This document shows positions 1 to 7,585 of a stretch of DNA of 28,815 bases, in pieces. The notes beneath the pieces were generated by a model that made no database searches, had not been told where the DNA came from, and was given only the letters and a program-made list of their open reading frames with translations. Position numbers and translations under genes: made by a program. The stretch is taken from the NCBI GenBank assembly GCA_038208905.1, contig JBBQYG010000037.1, positions 1 through 28,815 on the forward strand, given 5' to 3'. The first letter of the stretch is position 1; each line of letters begins with the position of its first letter. Source of the stretch: Candidatus Sumerlaeia bacterium. GTDB lineage: Bacteria; Sumerlaeota; Sumerlaeia; SLMS01.

Positions 1-573
1 GCCACGCTCCGCAGCGAAGACCTTGTGGCCGCGCTCCTCCGCGCCGTGGAGCAGGGCAAGGTCCGCGTCGCCGCCTACAGCGGAGAGGACGCCACCGGCC
101 CGCGCGATCCCACCCCCCACGATGGACACCGCGAGTCGCCGCGCCACCACGCCATCGAATCCGGCAAGTTTGGCTCGATCCAAACATCGATCAACATCTG
201 CGACCAGCGCGTGATCCAGGACGCGCTGCCCCACTGCGCCGGGCGCGGCCTCGGCGTCATCGCCAAGCGCCCCATCGCCAACGCCTTCTGGCGCTTTGCC
301 GAGCGCCCCGTCGGCGACTACGCGCTACCCTACTGGGACCGCGCCCGCGCCATGAACCTCGCCCCGCCCGCCGGCATCCCCTGGCCCGAACTCGCCCTGC
401 GCTTCACCGCCTTCACCCCCCACGTCCACGCCTGCATCGTCGGCACCGCCAACATGGACCACTTCCGCCAGAACCTCGCCCTGCTGGAGAAGGGCCCGCT
501 TCCCGCCGATGTCTATACATCTATCCGAGAGGCTTTCCGGGAGAATGATGATGGGTGGGTGGGGCAGGTGTGA
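1..573 (+). CDS. Aldo/keto reductase family oxidoreductase, 5'-truncated by window edge
   Basis: Frame is open from base 1 (ATLRSEDLVAALLRAVEQGKVR...). AKR-type motifs: GKVR..AYSG, IQTSINICDQ, GVIAKRPIAN, ELALRF...IVGT..DHFRQNL. TGA ends at 573. Confidence 0.85.
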   Translation, partial: ATLRSEDLVAALLRAVEQGKVRVAAYSGEDATGPRDPTPHDGHRESPRHHAIESGKFGSIQTSINICDQRVIQDALPHCAGRGLGVIAKRPIANAFWRFAERPVGDYALPYWDRARAMNLAPPAGIPWPELALRFTAFTPHVHACIVGTANMDHFRQNLALLEKGPLPADVYTSIREAFRENDDGWVGQV

Positions 574-667
574 ACGGCAGGGATGAGGTGGGAGGGCTGA
601 ACGGCGGGGTTCTGCGCCCTGAGGGGGCATCCACTCCCTGTCCGGCCCGGATGGCCATCGAAGGTCT

Positions 668-728
668 CCGCCGACCAGCCATTGCCCGCCCGGCGACCGG
701 CCATTGTTCATCCGCCGACCAGTCCTTG
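668..728. repeat. Three 17-bp direct repeats at exact 22-bp period
   Basis: ccgccgaccagccattg (668-684), ccggcgaccggccattg (690-706), ccgccgaccagtccttg (712-728). Confidence 0.7.
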
Positions 729-736
729 CGCACCCG

Positions 737-1065
737 CACCGCGCCACTGCCCGCTTCGGGGGGCATCTACTTGCCCTCGGCTTCAGCCGAGGGTGCCCGA
801 CTCCGCCGATTCCAAGCGCGCTTCAGCGTGCTTTCCCCCGGCTTCAGCCATCCTCCCCGCGACCGTGTCAATGCGCCCCCCCCAGATTGCGGCGGCCGAC
901 CCCTGAGCTGGAACTCGAACCTCGCGAACGGCAGTGGAGGCGAAACGCATGGCTGAAGCCCCCCGGCAAGCACGCTGAAGCGCGCCATGAGCCCAGGAAT
1001 CCCGACCTCCCTCGGCTAAAGCCGACGGCAAGCAGGTGCCCGCTGAAGCGGGCAGTGAGGCGGTG
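737..1065. repeat. REP/REPIN-like long imperfect inverted repeat built from short palindromes
   Basis: 737-793 (caccgcgccactgcccgcttcggggggcatctacttgccctcggcttcagccgaggg) is nearly the reverse complement of 1009-1065. 816-851 (gcgcgcttcagcgtgctt...ggcttcagccat) pairs with 949-985. Internal palindromes include gcccgc-tgaa-gcgggc and ccctcggc-ttca-gccgaggg. Confidence 0.8.
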
Positions 1066-1167
1066 GGACGCACGACGCAACAATCCCGGAAATCATCTTT
1101 GCCTCCCGCCCGAAACGGTGAATAGAATCCCTCGCCCGGCGTAATCAAGGTGGAGGAACCGCGTCCC

Positions 1168-3720
1168 ATGTCAGACCAGCGCAGGCAGCGTCGCCACTCG
1201 ATCATCGCCATCGTGAATATCGCGCTGGCGATTGGCGGGCTTCTGCTGGTGGTTCCGTCGATTTTGCTGATCCAGAAGATTCGGGCTGTACATACGAATT
1301 CCTCGGCGGAGGACTCGGCGGTGGGGCTGGGGCTGGCCGGCATGGACGAGGGTACGCGCCTGCGGAATGCGCACGAGGCGTTTCACGTCCGCCTTGCGCA
1401 GGAATTGCATGGGGCCCAGAGCCTCTCCTCCGCGGGGGCGCGTGAACTCGCGATGAAGGCGATGCCGGAACTGACGGGCCTCTCTCCCGAATCCGTCGAA
1501 CGGATCTTCCGCGACCGGTCCGCCTACTTCGCATCCGCGGATTGGCTGACCGCGATTGATCGCGGCCTGATCGCGCTGGCCGCCGGTGACTACGACGCCG
1601 CGCTGCGGCTCGCCGCGGCAGGGGATGGCAACCCCCGCGATCTTGCCACCATCGAGGGAACCACCGCCCTCGCCAAGTACCGCGACGGCCTCGGTCCCGA
1701 GTGGCAGGATCGCTCCCTCTCCGCCTTCGCGCGCGCCTTGGAACTTACATCGGAGACCGACGAACCCGCCGCCTGGGCGAAAGTGGCGGTATGGGTGGCA
1801 GCGGCACAAGCAAGGCGGGGTGCCTATGCCATCGCCGAACCGCTCATGCGGCGCGCGGTGGCGGTGGAGGAGGCAGTCCACGGTGAGACGATGCGCCTCG
1901 CCCCTCGCCTCGCCGAACACGCGGCTTTGCTTGCAGGGACGAGGGAACTCCCCGAGGCCGAGGCCCTTTCACTCCGCGCCGTCGCAATCGCGGAGCGGCT
2001 CGGGGAATCCGACACCGAGGCATTCGCCGATTTGCTCGATATTCTTGCGAGCATCCATCAGTTCGCCGGGCGCCACGCGGAGGCGGTGCCGGTGTGGGAG
2101 CGCGCGCTGATCCTCACCGAGAGACTCCTCGGCCCCGATCACCACAGTGTCGCCCGGCGCCTTGGCGGATTGGCCGAATCGAAAGCAAAGCTGAGAGAGT
2201 ATGCCGAGGCGGAGGCCCTCTATCGACGCGCGCTTGTCATCGAGGAACAGTGCTTTGGCGTCTATCACCCAACGGTGGCCAACACGCTGTGGAGGATTGC
2301 GGACCTGCTGCTGGACACGGCGCGGCGAGACGAGACGGAACAAATCGCGACGCGCGCGGCGCAGATCGAGGCGAAGCTGCCACCGGCAGGCAGCCTCGCC
2401 ACCGGCACTCGTCAATTCCTGAGAGGGAGCGTTCTCATCGGGCTGGATCGACACGCCGAGGCGGTCCCTGCGATTCGGTCGGCTCTCTCCATCATGGAGA
2501 ATCACTTCGGCCCCAACCACCCTAACCTGAAGACGCTGCTGGAGTCCCTCGCCATGGGCCTTTCCAGAATGGGAAACCACGACGAGGCGGTCGCTCAACT
2601 GCGTCGCGCTCTCGAAATCCATGAGGCGCAGCCGGACCTGGAGCCGATCCGGATGGCGTTCACCCTCAGGTTGCTGGGCGACATTCTTACCAAGGCCGGC
2701 GCGGCCGAGGAGGCAGTAGGCTTCTATCGACGCGAGCTCGCGATCATCGAAGCCCACCATGGCCCCAGCCACCCAAAGGTGGCGACGAACCTCAAGAGCC
2801 TTGGCACGCTCCTATTCGAAGGAGGCTACGAGGTTGAGGGGGAGACGCTCCTGCGGCGGGCCCTCTCCATTGACCAGGCTGAACTGGCCCCCGACGACCC
2901 GGCGCTTGCCTTGCGGCTCTTCAGTTTTGCCGACCTTCTTGCGGTTGCCGGCCGCCACACCGAGGCGGAGGCGATCCTGCGGCGCGGGCTTGCAATCACC
3001 GAGCCTCGCTCCGCCACTGAACCCGAAATGGCGGTCCGGGGACTGACAAGAATTGCACGGCTTCTGACCGACTCGGGACGGTATGCCGAGGCGGTTCCCT
3101 TGGCCCAGCGCGTCGTTGATCTGGTCGGACCCGCGCTCGGGGAGGAACACCGAAATTTTGCCGGAGCCCTGGTCGTTTTGGGTCGGGCCCAGCTTGGCGC
3201 GGGCGAGACGTCCAAAGCGATCACGACCGCCGACCAGGCACTGACGATTTACCGGCGGGACTTCAATCCGCGCCAGTGGCGAATCGCAACCGCGCTTGAG
3301 CTACGCGCGGACTCCCTCATCTCGCGCGGCCTGCCCAACGACGATCTCCTCGCGGAGGAATCCATCGCGGAAGCACTGGACACCTATCGGGATGCAGACA
3401 TGGCCGAATATGGCCGATTCGCCATCGCCCTCCGAAGCTCCGCCAGCGTGAAGCGCGCGCGGGAAGACCACTCGGGCGCCGCGGAGGACCTGCGCGAGGC
3501 AATCCGAATCGATCTCGAATTGAGCCTCCCCCCGATTCTCAATCTCGCAGACTCCCACCACCAACTCGCCCTCGCCCTCACCGCCGCCAACGACCCCGCC
3601 GCCGTGGCCATCGCGGCGCAAACCGCCGCCGACCATCGCGCCCGCTACGAAGCCCAGGAATCCCACGCCGCCACGATGATCGCGGCGAATCCCGATTGGC
3701 CGTTTCGACCAGCCCCGTAG
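1168..3720 (+). CDS. Membrane-anchored tetratricopeptide repeat (TPR) protein, kinesin-light-chain-like 42-aa repeats
   Basis: ATG 1168 follows GGAGG (alternative GTG at 1150). Basic N-terminus followed by a TM helix (IIAIVNIALAIGGLLLVVPSILLI). Repeated EAE.LY.RAL.I.E...GP.HP.VA..L..LA units. No catalytic domain recognised. Confidence 0.88.
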   Translation: MSDQRRQRRHSIIAIVNIALAIGGLLLVVPSILLIQKIRAVHTNSSAEDSAVGLGLAGMDEGTRLRNAHEAFHVRLAQELHGAQSLSSAGARELAMKAMPELTGLSPESVERIFRDRSAYFASADWLTAIDRGLIALAAGDYDAALRLAAAGDGNPRDLATIEGTTALAKYRDGLGPEWQDRSLSAFARALELTSETDEPAAWAKVAVWVAAAQARRGAYAIAEPLMRRAVAVEEAVHGETMRLAPRLAEHAALLAGTRELPEAEALSLRAVAIAERLGESDTEAFADLLDILASIHQFAGRHAEAVPVWERALILTERLLGPDHHSVARRLGGLAESKAKLREYAEAEALYRRALVIEEQCFGVYHPTVANTLWRIADLLLDTARRDETEQIATRAAQIEAKLPPAGSLATGTRQFLRGSVLIGLDRHAEAVPAIRSALSIMENHFGPNHPNLKTLLESLAMGLSRMGNHDEAVAQLRRALEIHEAQPDLEPIRMAFTLRLLGDILTKAGAAEEAVGFYRRELAIIEAHHGPSHPKVATNLKSLGTLLFEGGYEVEGETLLRRALSIDQAELAPDDPALALRLFSFADLLAVAGRHTEAEAILRRGLAITEPRSATEPEMAVRGLTRIARLLTDSGRYAEAVPLAQRVVDLVGPALGEEHRNFAGALVVLGRAQLGAGETSKAITTADQALTIYRRDFNPRQWRIATALELRADSLISRGLPNDDLLAEESIAEALDTYRDADMAEYGRFAIALRSSASVKRAREDHSGAAEDLREAIRIDLELSLPPILNLADSHHQLALALTAANDPAAVAIAAQTAADHRARYEAQESHAATMIAANPDWPFRPAP

Positions 3721-3781
3721 CTGATACTCTCCCCCCCGCGCCCACTTATCCCCTGCTTCCCCCTGCTCTTCCCTACATCTT

Positions 3782-3833
3782 CCCGCCTTTCCCCGCCTTT
3801 TCCGCCGTTCCCGCCTTCCCCGCCGTCCCCCTC
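3782..3833. repeat. Degenerate 9-bp tandem repeat (CCCGCCKTY, about 5 units) within a pyrimidine-rich tract
   Basis: cccgccttt-c-cccgccttt-tccgccgtt-cccgccttc-cccgccgtc-cccctc. The same unit recurs at 23958-24055. Confidence 0.75.
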
Positions 3834-3866
3834 AAAATAAATCGTCCTGCCTTGGTCGATTTGCCG

Positions 3867-3895
3867 TTGACTCGGGGGTGGCTCATCCATAGGTT
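3867..3895 (+). promoter_or_regulatory. Putative sigma70 promoter for tuf/S10 operon
   Basis: TTGACT (3867-3872), 17-bp spacer, TAGGTT (3890-3895). AT-rich aaaataaat tract lies upstream (3834-3842). Confidence 0.6.
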
Positions 3896-3901
3896 CCCCG
3901 T

Positions 3902-4280
3902 CCGCCGCTAGAGGAATAGGCCACCCGGCCAAGTCCTTGTGCGGAACGCGGGTTGCGGAGTCCCTCACCGCAGCATGGGCCTGAAAAGGCCTCGACCGCC
4001 CAGCGACTGAGTCATCGGTCGAGCAGAGGAAGACGAGGGCGCCTTCCGCAGCCGGCAAACCGCGCATCCGCGCGACTTGCTGGCGCGCCAGTGCGCCCAC
4101 CACGTCCTCCTCCCATCGAAGCCAGGCCAGAAGCGCAGGTCCGCGGGGCAGAATCCACCGGAAACGGTGGCCAAGCTCAAGCGGGGGAGGCGCGTCGCTT
4201 GCGTCGCTGGTCGGCGAAGGCTCCCCGCCGAAATCGGGAGCGGGACTGAGAAGTCTCAGAACAACGACCCACGACTGGGA
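3902..4280 (+). ncRNA. Candidate large structured 5' leader / ncRNA upstream of tuf (unassigned family)
   Basis: Nested helices: tgcggaa 3940-46/ttccgca 4044-50; gttgcgg/ccgcagc; ggcct-GAAA-aggcc; ctcgaccg/cggtcgag; gccggcaa/ttgctggc; ccaccg-GAAA-cggtgg; gctccc/gggagc; gact-GAGA-agtc. No credible ORF. Confidence 0.55.
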
Positions 4281-4287
4281 GCTGATC

Positions 4288-5478
4288 ATGGCGAAGGAAG
4301 CATTCAAGAGAGACAAGCCGCACGTCAACATCGGAACCATCGGTCACATCGACCATGGCAAGACCACGCTGACGGCCGCCATCACCAAGACCCAGGCCTC
4401 GAAGGGCTTTGGCGAGGCTGTGGCGTTCGACCAGATCGACAAGGCGCCGGAGGAGAAGGAGCGCGGTATTACGATCAATACCTCGCACGTCGAGTATTCG
4501 ACGGCCAACCGCCACTATGCCCACGTCGATTGCCCGGGCCACGCCGACTATATCAAGAACATGATCACGGGAGCCGCGCAGATGGACGGCGCGATCCTGG
4601 TGGTTGCCGCGACCGATGGCCCGATGCCCCAAACGCGCGAGCACGTGCTGCTTGCCCGCCAGGTCAACGTGCCCGGCCTTGTGGTGTTCCTCAACAAGTG
4701 CGACATGGTGGACGACGAGGAGCTCCTCGAGCTCGTCGAGATGGAAGTCCGCGAGTTGCTTAGCAAGTACGACTATCCCGGCGACGAAACGCCGATCATC
4801 CGCGGGTCGGCCCTCAAGGCCCTCGAGGGCGAGAAGAGCGCGCTTGGCGTCGATGCGATCACCAAGCTGATGGAGGCCTGCGACAGCTTCATCAAGGAGC
4901 CGATCCGCCAGACCGACAAGCCCTTCCTGATGCCGGTCGAGGACGTGTTCTCGATCTCCGGCCGCGGAACGGTCGTCACCGGCCGCGTCGAGCGCGGTCT
5001 GCTTAAGAAGATGACGGACGTTGAGATCGTGGGCCTTGTGGACACGCGTCGCTGCGCCGTGACGGACATCGAAATGTTCCGCAAGCTGCTGGACGAGGCG
5101 ATCGCCGGCGACAACGTCGGCCTCCTCCTCCGCGGCATCCAGAAGGAAGACGTCGAGCGCGGCATGGTTCTCTGCGCTCCCGGCTCCATCAAGGCGCGGA
5201 CGAAGTTCAAGGCCTCCGTGTACGTCCTCACGAAGGAAGAAGGCGGGCGCCACACCCCGTTCTTCAAGGGCTACAAGCCCCAGTTCTACTTCCGCACGAC
5301 CGACGTGACGGGCGCGGTTCACCTGCCCGAGGGCGTCGAGATGGTCATGCCGGGGGATAACATCGAGATCGTCGGCGAGCTGATGAAGCCGATCGCACTC
5401 GAGAAGGAACTCCGTTTCGCCATTCGCGAAGGCGGACGCACCGTCGGCGCCGGCGTCGTGTCGGAAGTCCTCGAGTAA
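4288..5478 (+). CDS. tuf: Elongation factor Tu
   Basis: [35 protein letters not shown] motifs; 396 aa. Confidence 0.99.
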   Translation: MAKEAFKRDKPHVNIGTIGHIDHGKTTLTAAITKTQASKGFGEAVAFDQIDKAPEEKERGITINTSHVEYSTANRHYAHVDCPGHADYIKNMITGAAQMDGAILVVAATDGPMPQTREHVLLARQVNVPGLVVFLNKCDMVDDEELLELVEMEVRELLSKYDYPGDETPIIRGSALKALEGEKSALGVDAITKLMEACDSFIKEPIRQTDKPFLMPVEDVFSISGRGTVVTGRVERGLLKKMTDVEIVGLVDTRRCAVTDIEMFRKLLDEAIAGDNVGLLLRGIQKEDVERGMVLCAPGSIKARTKFKASVYVLTKEEGGRHTPFFKGYKPQFYFRTTDVTGAVHLPEGVEMVMPGDNIEIVGELMKPIALEKELRFAIREGGRTVGAGVVSEVLE

Positions 5479-5490
5479 CGAAGCGAATCC

Positions 5491-5534
5491 AGGGCGGGGG
5501 CCGAGCATACGGCGGCCCCCGCCCTTGTCTTTTT
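5491..5534 (+). terminator. Intrinsic terminator-like hairpin between tuf and rpsJ
   Basis: 13-bp stem agggcgggggccg (5491-5503)/cggcccccgccct (5513-5525) followed by tgtcttttt. Confidence 0.75.
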
Positions 5535-5565
5535 CGATTCTCCAGAGAGCACACGGAAGCAAATC

Positions 5566-5880
5566 ATGGCCAGTCAAGTCATCCGCATCAACCTTTGGTC
5601 CTTCGACAGCCGGCTGCTGGATTCGTCCGTGCTGTCGATCGTCGAGACGGCCCGCAACACCGGCGCCAGCATTGCCGGCCCGGTGCCGCTTCCCACGCGG
5701 ATCCGCAAGTTTACCGTCAATCGCTCACCCAATGGCGACAAGAAGAGCCGCGAGCAGTTCGAGATGCGCCAGCACAAGCGCCTCGTGGACCTCATCGACC
5801 CGCCGCAGAAGACGCTGGACGAACTGCAGAGCCTTGACCTGCCTGCGGGCGTTTACGTCGAGATCAAGCTTACCTCGTAA
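5566..5880 (+). CDS. rpsJ: 30S ribosomal protein S10 (NusE)
   Basis: [32 protein letters not shown]. Confidence 0.98.
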   Translation: MASQVIRINLWSFDSRLLDSSVLSIVETARNTGASIAGPVPLPTRIRKFTVNRSPNGDKKSREQFEMRQHKRLVDLIDPPQKTLDELQSLDLPAGVYVEIKLTS

Positions 5881-5963
5881 GGGTACACCCTCATCCGCTC
5901 GCAGAGCGGCGGGGTCACACCCCACCGACGACTGTCAGGCACCACACGGAGGCTCCGGGACTT

Positions 5964-6599
5964 ATGCCACTCGGACTTTTGGGCAAGAAAATCGGAATGA
6001 CCCAGCTCTTCGACGAGAAGGGTAGCGTCATCCCCGTCACAGTAATCGAAGCCGGGCCCTGCCCGGTGATTCAGAAGCGTACCGTCGAGTCCGACGGGTA
6101 CGACGCCATCCAGATCGGCTACGACGAGAAGCCCGAGCGCAAGGCCAACAAGCCCGAACTCGGCCACTTCGCGAAGTCCGGCTCCAAGCCCCAGCGTCTG
6201 CTCCGCGAAATCCGCGGAATCGACATCAATTCGCTGGAGGTCGGCCAGGCTCTCTCCGTCGAGATGTTCCAGGAAGGCGAGAAGGTCGATATCGTCGGCA
6301 CGAGCAGGGGACGCGGCTTCACCAGCGTCCGCAAGCGCCACGGCACCAAGCCCGGACCAAAGTCCCACGGCTCCATGTATCACAACCGCCCGGGCTCCAA
6401 CGGCGGAAGCTCCGATCCGGCGCGCACGTTCCTTGGCAAGCCCCTGGCGGGGCATGACGGCGCCTCGCGCGTGACGACGCGGAACATCCGCATCGTCAAG
6501 ACGGATTCCGCCCGCAATCTGATCATCATCCGCGGCTCCATCCCCGGCGCCAACGGCGGCTACGTGATGATCCGCAAGACGAAGTCGGCGAAGAGCTGA
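5964..6599 (+). CDS. rplC: 50S ribosomal protein L3
   Basis: GLLGKKIGMTQ, PVTVIEAGPC, DGYDAIQIG, GSIPG; operon position. Confidence 0.98.
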   Translation: MPLGLLGKKIGMTQLFDEKGSVIPVTVIEAGPCPVIQKRTVESDGYDAIQIGYDEKPERKANKPELGHFAKSGSKPQRLLREIRGIDINSLEVGQALSVEMFQEGEKVDIVGTSRGRGFTSVRKRHGTKPGPKSHGSMYHNRPGSNGGSSDPARTFLGKPLAGHDGASRVTTRNIRIVKTDSARNLIIIRGSIPGANGGYVMIRKTKSAKS

Positions 6600-6634
6600 A
6601 CGGCCCGGACGAAAGCAAGGAAGGCACACTGACA

Positions 6635-7276
6635 ATGCCCGAAGCAACTCTCAAAAATCTCAGCGGCAAGGATGCCGGGTCCGTTTCACTGGCCCAGGCA
6701 GTCTTCGGCGCCGAGCCCAACGCGGTGGTGGTTCGCGAGGCCTACAACGCCTACATGACCAACCAGCGCCAGGGCACCCACTCCACCAAGACCCGCCACT
6801 TCGTGAGCGGTGGTGGCAAGAAGCCCTGGAAGCAGAAGGGCACGGGCCGCGCCCGCCAGGGCTCGATCCGCGCAACGCAGTGGCGCGGTGGCGCCACGGT
6901 CTTCGGGCCGCTCCCCAAGGACTATCGCGAGAAGGTCAACCGCAAGAAGCGCCAGATCGCTTTCCGCTCGCTGCTCTCCTCGCTGCACTCCAGGGGCGCC
7001 ATCGTCTTCGTGGAGACCCTCGAGGTCGCCGACGGAACCAAGACCAAGGAGATCGTCGCCCTGCGCGGCAAGCTGGGCGTTACCGGCAAGGTCCTCTTCG
7101 TTACGGCCGACGTGGCCCCCAACCTGTTCCGCGCGGCCAAGAACCTGCAGTCCTCCGCAACCGACCCCACGCGGGTCGAGGTCGCCGGCGCCGTCTCGGT
7201 CTTCGACCTGCTGACCTGCGACACGCTGATTCTATCCAAGGACGCCCTCGCGGCGCTTGAGGAGCGTCTGTCATGA
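6635..7276 (+). CDS. rplD: 50S ribosomal protein L4
   Basis: RQGTHSTKTR..VSGGGKKPWKQKGTGRARQGSIR..QWRGG. Confidence 0.98.
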   Translation: MPEATLKNLSGKDAGSVSLAQAVFGAEPNAVVVREAYNAYMTNQRQGTHSTKTRHFVSGGGKKPWKQKGTGRARQGSIRATQWRGGATVFGPLPKDYREKVNRKKRQIAFRSLLSSLHSRGAIVFVETLEVADGTKTKEIVALRGKLGVTGKVLFVTADVAPNLFRAAKNLQSSATDPTRVEVAGAVSVFDLLTCDTLILSKDALAALEERLS

Positions 7277-7575
7277 TCGAGAAGAGCCCCTACGAAATCC
7301 TCGTTCGCCCTGTCATTTCGGAGAAGGCGCTGAACGTGTCGGCCACACCGGGCGGAGCGCAGTACGTGTTCCGCGTGGCGATCGCCTCCAACAAGCGCCA
7401 GATCCGGTGGGCCGTCGAGGCCGCCTATGGCGTGAAGGTCACCAAGGTCACGACGGTGCTGACCAAGGGGAAGTCCCGCCGGTCCCGCAATCGCCAGGGC
7501 CTCACGGGCAAGCGTCCCGACGTGAAGAAAGCCTACGTGACTCTGGCCAATGGCCAGCAGATCGCGTTGATGTAA
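7273..7575 (+). CDS. rplW: 50S ribosomal protein L23
   Basis: PVISEKA, YVFRV...[25 protein letters not shown] overlap with rplD. Confidence 0.97.
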   Translation: MIEKSPYEILVRPVISEKALNVSATPGGAQYVFRVAIASNKRQIRWAVEAAYGVKVTKVTTVLTKGKSRRSRNRQGLTGKRPDVKKAYVTLANGQQIALM

Positions 7576-7585
7576 GGAGCCAACA

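Noticed and set aside
668-1065. CRISPR array or autonomous IS element in the repeat-rich intergenic region
   Set aside because: Spacers are only 5 bp, the repeats are degenerate, and there is no cas or transposase ORF; the small ORFs here lack motifs.
3902-4280. tRNA, RNase P RNA, tmRNA, SRP RNA or cobalamin riboswitch as the identity of the leader
   Set aside because: No GTTCRA T-loop or CCA end, no contiguous GAGGAAAGTCC, no SRP GGAA-loop consensus and no complete B12 box. Only partial look-alikes are present (gaggaa...agtcc; agccagg).
3645-4340. ORFs across the tuf upstream region (3953-4249 +, 3645-4340 -, 3696-3911 +)
   Set aside because: No convincing RBS, Arg/Pro/Ala-rich composition typical of non-coding GC DNA, and partly translated repeats.
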